47,614 nt of DNA from IMG/VR virus record IMGVR_UViG_3300049183_000012, positions 1 to 47,614 of that record. The stretch is one strand, 5' to 3'. The notes beneath the pieces are model-generated. The model was not told where the DNA came from. It saw only the letters and a program-made list of their open reading frames with translations, and did no database searches. Shown in pieces: positions 16,374 through 25,100 of the stretch; the first letter of the stretch is position 1, and every line of letters starts with the position of its first letter. This stretch comes from a virus. Lineage: Duplodnaviria > Caudoviricetes. The translations under genes were made by a program, and so were the position numbers.

Positions 16374-16448
16374 GGGCGGTTAACTCAGCGGTAGAGTGCC
16401 ACCTTCACACGGTGGAAGTCGCAGGTTCGACCCCTGCACCGCCCACCA
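16374..16448 (+). tRNA. tRNA-Val (anticodon CAC)
   Basis: Cloverleaf GGGCGGT/ACCGCCC, D arm ACTC/GAGT, anticodon arm CCACC-TTCACAC-GGTGG, T arm GCAGG-TTCGACC-CCTGC, encoded ACCA. Confidence 0.96.
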
Positions 16449-16503
16449 CCCCCGGGGCTGCGGCTATCATCGCGCCGCCAACCAACTACCCCCGGGGGGA
16501 TTC

Positions 16504-16818
16504 ATGCAGCTCGAAGACGAGAAGTTCGCTTGCCTGTTGCGGCGAGCACTGGCCGCGCCTGGCGGCGACGCGTGGCGTCAACTGTTCGCCCAGCAGCAAG
16601 GCGGAACAGCCGACGTTGCGTCGGCCATGTCCTTGATCAATGACGTGCTGCAGAAGGTCGCAGAAGGCGACCGCCCCGAGGAATACGAGCCCGCGATCCG
16701 GGCCACGCTGGTCGGCCTGCAGAAGAACGTGGCGGCCGAGTGCGCCAAGATCGCCGACGACGTTGACGATCTATCTGGCGTCGGCTACAGCATCAGCCTT
16801 CGGTTCGGGCTTCGCTGA
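16504..16818 (+). CDS. Hypothetical protein next to att
   Basis: GGGGGA RBS; helical ORF convergent with the lysis genes. Confidence 0.65.
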   Translation: MQLEDEKFACLLRRALAAPGGDAWRQLFAQQQGGTADVASAMSLINDVLQKVAEGDRPEEYEPAIRATLVGLQKNVAAECAKIADDVDDLSGVGYSISLRFGLR

Positions 16819-16999
16819 TCATCGCGTCGAGCGACGCGATGTTCATGGTCAGGCGGGCTCGCGCTTCGGCCACGGCCTCAGCACTGACCTCGGTCTTGCC
16901 GTCGACCATCGCTTGCTGTACCAGCGGGGCCAGCGTGCTGATCAGCACGCTCGCGTCGTTGATGGTGCTGACGACATCCAGCAGTGAAACCTTGCTCAT
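16793..16999 (-). CDS. Hypothetical small protein (end of lysis cassette)
   Basis: Coupled to the upstream lipoprotein; AAGGAAG RBS. Confidence 0.7.
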   Translation of the reverse strand: MSKVSLLDVVSTINDASVLISTLAPLVQQAMVDGKTEVSAEAVAEARARLTMNIASLDAMISEARTEG

Positions 17000-17331
17000 T
17001 TCGATTCTTCCTTCTTCCGCAGTTCAGCCTCGAACTGCAACAACATCGGCTGCAGGCCCTGCATCACCCCGACATAGTCGCTGCACGGGGGCTTGCAGAC
17101 GGCCAGCAATGCTGCAGCCTGGTCGATCTTCACCAGCGCCTTCTTCGCGTTCACGCTGGCGCGGGCCGCCTGCTCGGGTGTGATGCGGCCGCGGGCGAGC
17201 GATGACTTCGTGAGATCGACGTAGGCGTTCGTCGTGTCGTAGGCCGCCTTGAGTTGGCCATTGCCTGGGGGTGCCACGCTTGCACACGCCGTCACCAGCG
17301 CGGCAGCAACGATAGCGAGAAACTTCTTCAT
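16996..17331 (-). CDS. Lipoprotein
   Basis: MKKFLAIVAAALVTAC signal peptide with lipobox. Confidence 0.75.
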   Translation of the reverse strand: MKKFLAIVAAALVTACASVAPPGNGQLKAAYDTTNAYVDLTKSSLARGRITPEQAARASVNAKKALVKIDQAAALLAVCKPPCSDYVGVMQGLQPMLLQFEAELRKKEESK

Positions 17332-17717
17332 GCGGATTTTTCCTTCGTGAAATAGAACACCCAACCGCCGAGCCTGACGCCCAGCCACATCAGCGCGCGT
17401 CGCCATGCCGGCTCTTCGTGGCGCATGGCCGCGTAGAACACCGCGTCGGCGAACTCGCGCGGGCGCTCGCCGGTGCTGTAGAGGTAGTCGTGAACGACTG
17501 CCGATTTCCGAGCCTTGCCGCCGAAGAGCATGAACATGCCGGGGAACCGCGGCACGCTTGCGAGGTCGGTGATGAAGCCCTCGGGCACGGTGAACAGTTC
17601 GCTCGCGCCGCTGGCCGCGTAGACGGTGAACGAGAACGGCAAGTGCAGCCGCCACTCGCCGCCGTCGACCGGCTCGAGCAGGCACGGGGAATTGAAGTGC
17701 ACGGTGTCGACGTTCAT
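17328..17717 (-). CDS. DUF1353 protein
   Basis: VPEGFITDLASVPR, AVVHDYLY, ADAVF, GVRLGG. Confidence 0.85.
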   Translation of the reverse strand: MNVDTVHFNSPCLLEPVDGGEWRLHLPFSFTVYAASGASELFTVPEGFITDLASVPRFPGMFMLFGGKARKSAVVHDYLYSTGERPREFADAVFYAAMRHEEPAWRRALMWLGVRLGGWVFYFTKEKSA

Positions 17718-17719
17718 GC

Positions 17720-18187
17720 TTAGGCCACCTTCAGGTTCTCGGCGATGCGCTGCGTCCAACCACGCCCGAAGGTCGGCCAGGTGGGCAGGTCGTTCAGGTA
17801 GTCGAGCCGGTAGCCGTTGAAGCGGGCGAGCAGCCGCGCCGTCGGCATGCTCTGCACGGCCTGCAGCGTGTGCGGGCCGAGGCCTCCGTCAGGCAGTTCG
17901 CCCACGGCGCGCTGCAGCAGGCGCACGGCGGTCGTGTAGCCGCTGTTCACCGCCGTGTCGAAGAGGTCGAACTTCAGCGCATCGGGCACGATGTCGCAGC
18001 CTGCCGGGCCCCAATAGTCGCGACGGTAGAGGTACTTCGCACGTTCGAGCGTCAGGTTCGGGATGTCTTCGAGCGGGTACCGCCGCTTGCTGATCCCGTA
18101 CTTGGTCGCGCCGCCCGGGTCTTTCGGGTGGTTGACGTAGCCGCCCTCATGGCCGATTAAGCGCTCGAATGCGGTGTCGTAGTCCAT
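17720..18187 (-). CDS. Endolysin, glycoside hydrolase family 108 with peptidoglycan-binding C-terminus
   Basis: HEGGYVNHPKDPGGATKYGI, FDTAVNSG, FGRGW..R. Confidence 0.93.
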   Translation of the reverse strand: MDYDTAFERLIGHEGGYVNHPKDPGGATKYGISKRRYPLEDIPNLTLERAKYLYRRDYWGPAGCDIVPDALKFDLFDTAVNSGYTTAVRLLQRAVGELPDGGLGPHTLQAVQSMPTARLLARFNGYRLDYLNDLPTWPTFGRGWTQRIAENLKVA

Positions 18188-19788
18188 CACTTCACCTGAT
18201 AGGCGCCGCTGATGTAGTAGGCGCGGTTTGCCGTGTCCGTCGTGTGGAACGACAGCACGAGCGTGTTGTTCGCGACCGAGCCCTCGATCGCGCCGGTGTC
18301 CACCGTGGTCGCCACGCCCGTGACACCGATGGCGTTGAACACGCCCGCGGCGTCGGTCAGCGACGTGAAGTCGGACGCGATCGGCAGCGTGAGCTCGAGC
18401 GCGCAGAAGCCGGCCGCCGTCGGGTCGATGGTGATGCGACCGGCGAAGAAGACCTCGTCGCCGATGCGCGCGTAGTGCATCGACCCGGGCGTCGCGGCGG
18501 CCACGTTGGTGCCGAGCGTGGCGGTCGGCGTCCAGCGGCCCGACAGCAGCGTCTCACGTTCCTCAGTGATCACGGCCTGGTAGCCCATCACCCACAGTCG
18601 ATTCTTGTGCGCACCGCCACCGGCCGACACGATGCACATGACGAGGCACGGTGGCGCGGTGGTGTTCGGTTTGTAGAGCGCGAGGCCTTCGGGCTCGTAG
18701 AACGTGCCGTCGGCCGTGGCCTCGGTGATGCCCACGCTGACCGAATTGTTCGACTGCTCGAGGCGGCCGTCGAGGCTGTAGCGGTCGATCCGCTTGCCGG
18801 TCAGCGCCGAGTTGCCCGACACGATGTAGATGCTCGCGCCGTCGCAGGCGATGCCTTGCAGCGGGCGGAACGTGGCGGCCGTGTCGTCGCTGATGATCGC
18901 GCGGCTGACGTTGAACTCATACAGCCTGTAGTCGCCTGCACCGCCGGCCACGAGCGCCGGCAGGTCGAACACGCGAATCCAGAAGTCACGCGAGCTCTTG
19001 CGACCCAGCGCCACGAGGAACCGGCCGCAGTAGCTGACGGTCGGCATCGTGTTGTTCGTCGTGTAGGCGAACTCGGCACCGAAGAGCGTGAACGTCTGGA
19101 TGTTCGACAGCGCGACGCCGTTGCCGGCGTAGCCGAAGCGAACGACCTGACGGCCGCCGAGCGGGTAGTTCGTCGCGTCGTAGCGCACCGACCCCCACAG
19201 CTTGACCGTGCCGTCGGCTAGGTACTCGAGCCCGATCCCCTGGTGGCCGAGCTGCGCGTTCGCAGCCGACACGCCCGTCGCTGCTCGCGCGGCCGTGCCG
19301 CCGGCCATCGAGTATTCGCTGATGTAGCTGAACTCGGGTGCGCCGTTCACGTGCAGCGTGTAAATCTTCGAGGTCTTCTCGTCGAACGCGAAGCCCTGCA
19401 GGCCGAGCACCTGTGTCAGCAGGTAGTTCCGGTTCGCCAGGCCCGACGCGCAGTCGCGCAGGATGTTGATCGACGAGGTGCGCGGCTCCTTCTTCGCGGC
19501 GCCCGCATACCAGTCGAACGGGTCGGCCACGCCGCTGATCGTCGTGGACGAGGCGATCAAGAAACGCCCGTTCTGGTAGTTGTTCTTGACCGGGTACGCG
19601 CTGACCTTGAACGTCTTACCGCTCAGGTCGATGCGCTTGCCGGTGGCGACAGCCTCGAAGGCTGCGAACGCAGCGGTATCGTCGGCCGTGCCGTTGCCGA
19701 TCGCGCCGTAGGCAGCGTCGCAAGGGTGCGCAGCGTCCAGCGTGGCGCCGCTGGTCGAGATCATCGAAGGTGGTACGCGGGTCGTCAT
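18187..19788 (-). CDS. Tail spike / receptor-binding protein with beta-propeller domain
   Basis: YGAIGNGTADDTAAF tailspike neck motif; repeated blades LQGFAFD, HQGIGLE, LQGIACD, EPEGLAL. Confidence 0.7.
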   Translation of the reverse strand: MTTRVPPSMISTSGATLDAAHPCDAAYGAIGNGTADDTAAFAAFEAVATGKRIDLSGKTFKVSAYPVKNNYQNGRFLIASSTTISGVADPFDWYAGAAKKEPRTSSINILRDCASGLANRNYLLTQVLGLQGFAFDEKTSKIYTLHVNGAPEFSYISEYSMAGGTAARAATGVSAANAQLGHQGIGLEYLADGTVKLWGSVRYDATNYPLGGRQVVRFGYAGNGVALSNIQTFTLFGAEFAYTTNNTMPTVSYCGRFLVALGRKSSRDFWIRVFDLPALVAGGAGDYRLYEFNVSRAIISDDTAATFRPLQGIACDGASIYIVSGNSALTGKRIDRYSLDGRLEQSNNSVSVGITEATADGTFYEPEGLALYKPNTTAPPCLVMCIVSAGGGAHKNRLWVMGYQAVITEERETLLSGRWTPTATLGTNVAAATPGSMHYARIGDEVFFAGRITIDPTAAGFCALELTLPIASDFTSLTDAAGVFNAIGVTGVATTVDTGAIEGSVANNTLVLSFHTTDTANRAYYISGAYQVK

Positions 19789-20054
19789 GGTGTGCGGTTC
19801 ATCAGGTGCTCGACCAGCCAGGCGAGTGCGCCGCCGAACGTGGCCGACGCGCCGCCCAGGGCCATGAGGGTCCGCCAGCCGCCGCGTGCTTCGGTGAGCT
19901 GGTCGCGCATGCCGTTCACGGTGCGCGTCAGTTCGGTGACGGCGTCCTTGATTTCCCCGATCTCGCGGCCCATGCCCTCGACGGTTTTCTCAAGGGCGAC
20001 GATATCGATGCGCGCTTGCACAAGGGCCTCGGATTGTTGGAACGAGTCGGGCAT
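19785..20054 (-). CDS. Holin-like protein (coiled coil plus one C-terminal TM helix)
   Basis: Heptad coiled coil followed by GGWRTLMALGGASATFGGALAWLV. Confidence 0.55.
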   Translation of the reverse strand: MPDSFQQSEALVQARIDIVALEKTVEGMGREIGEIKDAVTELTRTVNGMRDQLTEARGGWRTLMALGGASATFGGALAWLVEHLMNRTP

Positions 20055-20056
20055 GA

Positions 20057-22066
20057 TCAGTTCGGCACGTCGGCCGGCGTGCGTGATTTTTCAATCCAGT
20101 TCGTGCCGTCGCACACGAAGCTGATCGACCGGCTGAACCCGTTGGCCGGGTTCGTCCAAGCGGACATTTTGTAGGCCGTGCTCCAAGTGGCTGCACCCAG
20201 CGCCCCGCCACTTGTGTTGCGAACCGTGATCGTTATCTCGGCCCCGTCCTCGCCGGTGCCCGGCTGCGTGATCGCGTAGGCGATGCCGCTACTCGCTGTG
20301 ATTGTGAAGAAGTTGCCGAGGGTGGTGTCGATCGTGATGCTGGCGCCCCACGTCGGAGCGCTGCGACGCAAGCGCAATGAGCCGGGCACCCACACGCGGC
20401 GGTTCGCGATCGTGACTTGGAGGGCATCGCCGGGCGGGGTATTCAGGCCCCACACCGTGCCGTCGTTATAGGCGTAAGCGTCGGCCGCGCCGGAACCAGC
20501 AGGCTCGCGCCACACAGTTCGCGTGCGCGTGCCGCCGGTCTCCTGCCACATAGCGAGGTAGAGAGACGGGCTACCTGATACCGGCTCGAAATGGTGATGG
20601 GCGGCAGGCACGTTGCGCCCGCCGCCGTAGCTGATGTTGCCCGTCTTGCGTTCAATGTTGAACGACACGTAGGCGCCGAGCGTGTCCCCGTCGATCGCGA
20701 ACTTCTGCAGCGCCAGGTTCGACATTTCCTCGTCGGTGTACCCGGCGCCGGTCAGGGTGCCCTGAATCCACTCCCAGGAAATCTGCCCGTCTACACCGTA
20801 GGCGAAGCCGCAGCGGCGGTTATCGTTTGCAGTCCGAGAAGGGTGCCCGACGGCAGCGATATTCGCGATGTTTCGCGCGATGAAGTGCGGCGACCACGCG
20901 GACATGATCTCGAACACGTTGCCGTCGTGCTGGCCGGGACTGGTCGTCTGCGGCGTCCACATGAAGCGGCGCTCTTGCATGCCGTCGTAGGCCGTCGGAA
21001 ACCCTGCGTAGGAGTTGCCCGGGCTGTAGTCGATCACGAGGATCGGAGTGGTCGCGCCGGTAAAATTGGGATGCGTGGCGAGGTCGTCGACCTCGTAGCC
21101 GTAATTGATGCTCGGCGGCACCACGATGATCGTATATCGGCCGCTCGCACTGGCCGCCGTGATGGCAGCTTGCAGCGCGGTCTTGTTCTGCGCGTTCGTA
21201 TTGGCGCGAGCTGCGCCGTGCTCCATCACCGAGCGGAAATAGATTTGCCCGCCGATGGTGCCGCCCGGGTCTTGGTCGTCCGACGAGAACGACACCTGAT
21301 CAGCGTCCGACTCCCCCTGCGGCAGTGCCTGGCCCCAGCGCACAAACACGTTGTCGGTGCCGGTGGGCGGCGCGCTCGTGAACGTGAGCGTCGTACCGCT
21401 GAGGGTGAAATCGATGCCCGGGACTTGTGTGACGCCGCTGATCGCGATGTCGAGGTTGTTGATGTTGCCGGGATCGCTCGACAGAACAAATGCCGTCTGC
21501 GCACCCGTACCGCTGAAGGTCTGCGACTGCCATGCGGCGAAGGCGACCACGGTGGCGAAGTCAGCGATGTCGCGGTTCACGAGGCCCGTGCCGCTGTCGT
21601 TCCACCCGATGATCTTCTGCGCGACTGGCGCCGGCAACGTCACGTCCACGTCGTCGGGTGTCGAGACTGCCACGCGCAGCGCGCGGTTCACCTTCTCGTT
21701 CACCTGCTTCACGAGCATGGTGTTCCGATCGAGCGCCGTCTCGATCACCTCGGGGTAGAAGCCCCCGCCGTTGGTGATGTCGGTCTCTTGCGTGAACTCG
21801 AGGTTGCTGGCGACGGTCAGCGTCTCGCCGGTGGGCGGCGCGACGGCCAGCGTCACGGTGCCACCTGCGTCGGCGTTCTGGTCCGCGTTCAGGCTGACGG
21901 TGTAGTCGCTGTCGAGAACGAGGGTTGTTTCGAGGCCGTCTTCGTCGGTTTGCACGACGAGCAGGTCTTCCTCGGCGAAGGCCTTGAACTCAAAGGGGAA
22001 CGCGGTCTGCGAGCCGTTGCCGTTGAACGGGCCGGCGCGCGGGTCGTCGGTCGAGGAAATGGTCAT
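20057..22066 (-). CDS. Tail fibre protein
   Basis: Podoviral N-terminal anchor GPFNGNGSQTAFPFEFK...GGFYPEVIETALDR; variable Gly/Thr-rich body. Confidence 0.85.
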   Translation of the reverse strand: MTISSTDDPRAGPFNGNGSQTAFPFEFKAFAEEDLLVVQTDEDGLETTLVLDSDYTVSLNADQNADAGGTVTLAVAPPTGETLTVASNLEFTQETDITNGGGFYPEVIETALDRNTMLVKQVNEKVNRALRVAVSTPDDVDVTLPAPVAQKIIGWNDSGTGLVNRDIADFATVVAFAAWQSQTFSGTGAQTAFVLSSDPGNINNLDIAISGVTQVPGIDFTLSGTTLTFTSAPPTGTDNVFVRWGQALPQGESDADQVSFSSDDQDPGGTIGGQIYFRSVMEHGAARANTNAQNKTALQAAITAASASGRYTIIVVPPSINYGYEVDDLATHPNFTGATTPILVIDYSPGNSYAGFPTAYDGMQERRFMWTPQTTSPGQHDGNVFEIMSAWSPHFIARNIANIAAVGHPSRTANDNRRCGFAYGVDGQISWEWIQGTLTGAGYTDEEMSNLALQKFAIDGDTLGAYVSFNIERKTGNISYGGGRNVPAAHHHFEPVSGSPSLYLAMWQETGGTRTRTVWREPAGSGAADAYAYNDGTVWGLNTPPGDALQVTIANRRVWVPGSLRLRRSAPTWGASITIDTTLGNFFTITASSGIAYAITQPGTGEDGAEITITVRNTSGGALGAATWSTAYKMSAWTNPANGFSRSISFVCDGTNWIEKSRTPADVPN

Positions 22067-22091
22067 TCGGCAGCGCCTCTATGCTGCCGGG

Positions 22092-22127
22092 ATTTTGAGC
22101 GTCTGCTACGCCGCTATGTGCACGCTG
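22092..22127 (-). promoter_or_regulatory. Late promoter motif GTGCACAT-N18-CAAAAT
   Basis: One of four copies upstream of late genes. Confidence 0.65.
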
Positions 22128-22138
22128 CTGAAAGGCGA

Positions 22139-25100
22139 TTAGCGCTTGCTGTCCGGGCTCGCCCGGCCCGTCACCGCGCCGCGAGCTGCGTCCACCGGCC
22201 CCGTGGGCTGTACGTCACCCTCGGCCACGTCGACCATGTAGGACGCGGGCCGGGCGGCGATGTTGGCCGGGATGCCGGTGAACAGGCTGATCAGGCTTGC
22301 CACGTCCTTCACGGCCTTGGACTTGTCGCCGTCCTCGAACATCGCCTTGTAGAGCGACACTGGCGACTTGAATGCTGCCTCGATCATGCTGATGGCCGGG
22401 CTCGTGGCGAGCCGGTCGTCATAGGGCTTGTCGTTCATCGCGTTGACCACGGCGCTCGCCGCCTGGCCGAAGATCGGCACCATGGCCGCCGCGCCGCGCA
22501 GCGTCGCCATGCCGAACACCGCCTGCAGCCAGTCGTCGAGGTATTCGCCGTCCTTGTCCTCGTCTTCCGGGCCGCCGCGGAAGGCCTGCACGATCAGTTC
22601 GCTCGTCCATGCCGGGATCAGGAACGCCATCAGCGTGACGTAGAGGCCACGGCCTGCACCCTTGCGCAACCCCATGTCGCGGGCGATGGTCTGGAACTCG
22701 GTGCCCAGCAGGTTCGCCTGCATGTTGAAGTAGCCGGCGAACTGGCTGAACATGCGGCTGAAGCTGCTGCCCGCTTCCCAATTGCTGATGTCCTCGGGCA
22801 GCGTCGAACCCTGCGTCTGCCGCACGGTCGCGTCGGCGAAGCGCGTGGCTTCCTTCTCGCTCTGCCCCTGCTCGAGCGCCTGATTGCGGGCCGCCGTCCA
22901 GATGATCGGCGACATGACGTTGTCGACCGCCGACTGCATGAAATAGGCGTGGCGCATCGTCCACTGCTGGGTGCGCTCGTAGAGGCCCGGGTCGATCAGG
23001 ATGTCCTTGATCTGGTCGTTCATCGCCGCAACCTCGTTGCGCATGCGCCCTTCCATGTAGGGCGACGCTTCGGCCACGTCGTTCGCCATCTGGCGCGGGT
23101 TCGTGACGTAGTGCGCCATCGCGCCGAGCATGTACTTCGGCTTCACCTTGACGGCGGCGATCGAGAACCCGGTGATCTGCTGCGCGGCGTTCACGACGTT
23201 GCCGAACATGGCGGCCATGCCGGCGCGGTTGCGCAGGGTCGACCACAGGCGCCACGATTGCCAGTGCCCCGGGCTCGGCGTGGTCACGACCTGGCGCGCG
23301 GCGCGGTTCAGCCACGGGCTGATGATCGCGTCGAAGGCTGCAGGGTCGATGCGGTTCACGCCGTAGGCGACGCCCTTGCTCGTGAGCACGCGCCGCACGT
23401 CGCGAATCGGTCGTTCCATGTGGCTGAACAGCAGCACGCGGTCGAGGTGTTGGGCGAGCGTGCCGAGGTCGAGGGTCAGGGGCCGGTTGTATTCGACGCG
23501 CGATTTCGTGAAGCCCTTGGCCGTGGCCGGGAAGGCGAACGCCATCGAAGCATTCTCGTCTTCCATCAGGGCGCGGGTCTTGGCGTCGCTCACGACGCGC
23601 GGGTCGGCCTGCGCCGGTACATAGCCGCCGCGGTACTCACCGAAGGGCGTGGCGACTGGCTCGGCGGTGATCTCGGCGAAGTATTTGCCGAACACGTCGC
23701 GGTGCGTCTTCTGCGCGAGCGGCTTGGTCTCTTCGAGCAAATCCCACACGCCCTGCACGAAGTCGAAATGCGCCTTCGTCAGCACGCCCTCGTCGACCAT
23801 GCGATGCACGAACGCATCCCACCGGCTCGTGTCGAGCGAACCGTCGGGCAACTCGGTCGCCCACTTGCGGCCGAGCAGCAGCTTTTTCTTGTTCGACGAG
23901 TTGCCGGTGTGCAGCAGCGCGTGCAGGATTTCGTTCAACGCGACGCCGCCCGTGTCCTTGCCGAAGCTGTAGCCGAGCTCGGGCGCCTCGACGATGCGCT
24001 TGCGCAGCGTGGGCGCGATCGTGTCGAGCAGCGCGCGGTACTTCTTCAGCAGCGCCGCCTTGTCGGTGCGATAGGCGTCCGCGGCTTCCTTGACGGGTTG
24101 CCAGATGAACGAGCGGAACCCGCCGGTCGGCTTGCCGTCCATCGCCTCGACCCAGGCCTCGGTGCGGCGGGCGCTGGCGAGGTAGGTCTTCAGCTTGGCG
24201 ACCTTTTCTTCGGCCGGCGTGACGGCGCTGCCCTCGCCCGGGATGCGGTCGGGGATGCCGATCTCGTCGAGCCGGGCCTTGAGTTGGTCCTGCACCTCTT
24301 CGCGGTCGAGCAGGTCGCCGTCGATCTCCATCTGACGGCTGCGCTTGGCGAGGTGCCACAGGCTCGCGACCTCGTCGTTCAGCGCACGCAGCTCGTCGAG
24401 CGTGAGCTCGGCCAGCGGCTTCGCGTTGGCGAGCGCGGCGTCGACCGAGCCCTGCAGCACCTGACTCATTTCCGGGTCGTAGGCCGCCACCTTCTTCAGG
24501 TACTCGGCCGCAGCCTCGCCCTTGCGGCCGACACCATAGGCGGCCAGGATCGCGCGGGCTGCGTTCACGACATCCATGTCGCGCGACTTCAGCCGGTCGT
24601 CGGGTGTGTTCGCCACGCGGGCAAAGAACTCGCGGATGCGCTCGATCTCGCCCACGGCGTCGTGCGCGTAGCGTGCGGCGTAGTGGTTCAGCAGTTGGTT
24701 GCGCTTGGCCGTGGCCGCCTCTTCCACCTTGCCGATCAACTTCTCGGCCAGCTTCGCGGCGCGCGTCTCGGCGGCCGTGAAGACGTGCGGCTTGATGTCG
24801 GTGATCTTTTTCTTACCGAGCACCGCGGTCGCGAACTGCTTGGCCGCGGCGACCAGCACACGCGCCGGGCCGAGAGCCTTGTCGAGCGCGGCTAGTTCGG
24901 TCGCGATGAACTTGCCGCGGGCCTCGTTGTGGATCGCCTGCTCGGCGGCGCGCTCGATCGCTTCGGGGCTCGACAGTTCGCCGTGCTCTTCGAGCATGCG
25001 CTGATCGGTCAACCCTTCGATCACGTCCTTGCGCGAGCCGGCCGCTGCGATGGCTTTTTCCATCTGCTCGATCGAGTCGAAGCCGAAGGCGTCGACCACG

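Noticed and set aside
18187-22066. Diversity-generating retroelement as in BPP-1
   Set aside because: No reverse transcriptase ORF, and I saw no template/variable repeat pair near either fibre gene (by eye only; a self dot-plot would settle it).
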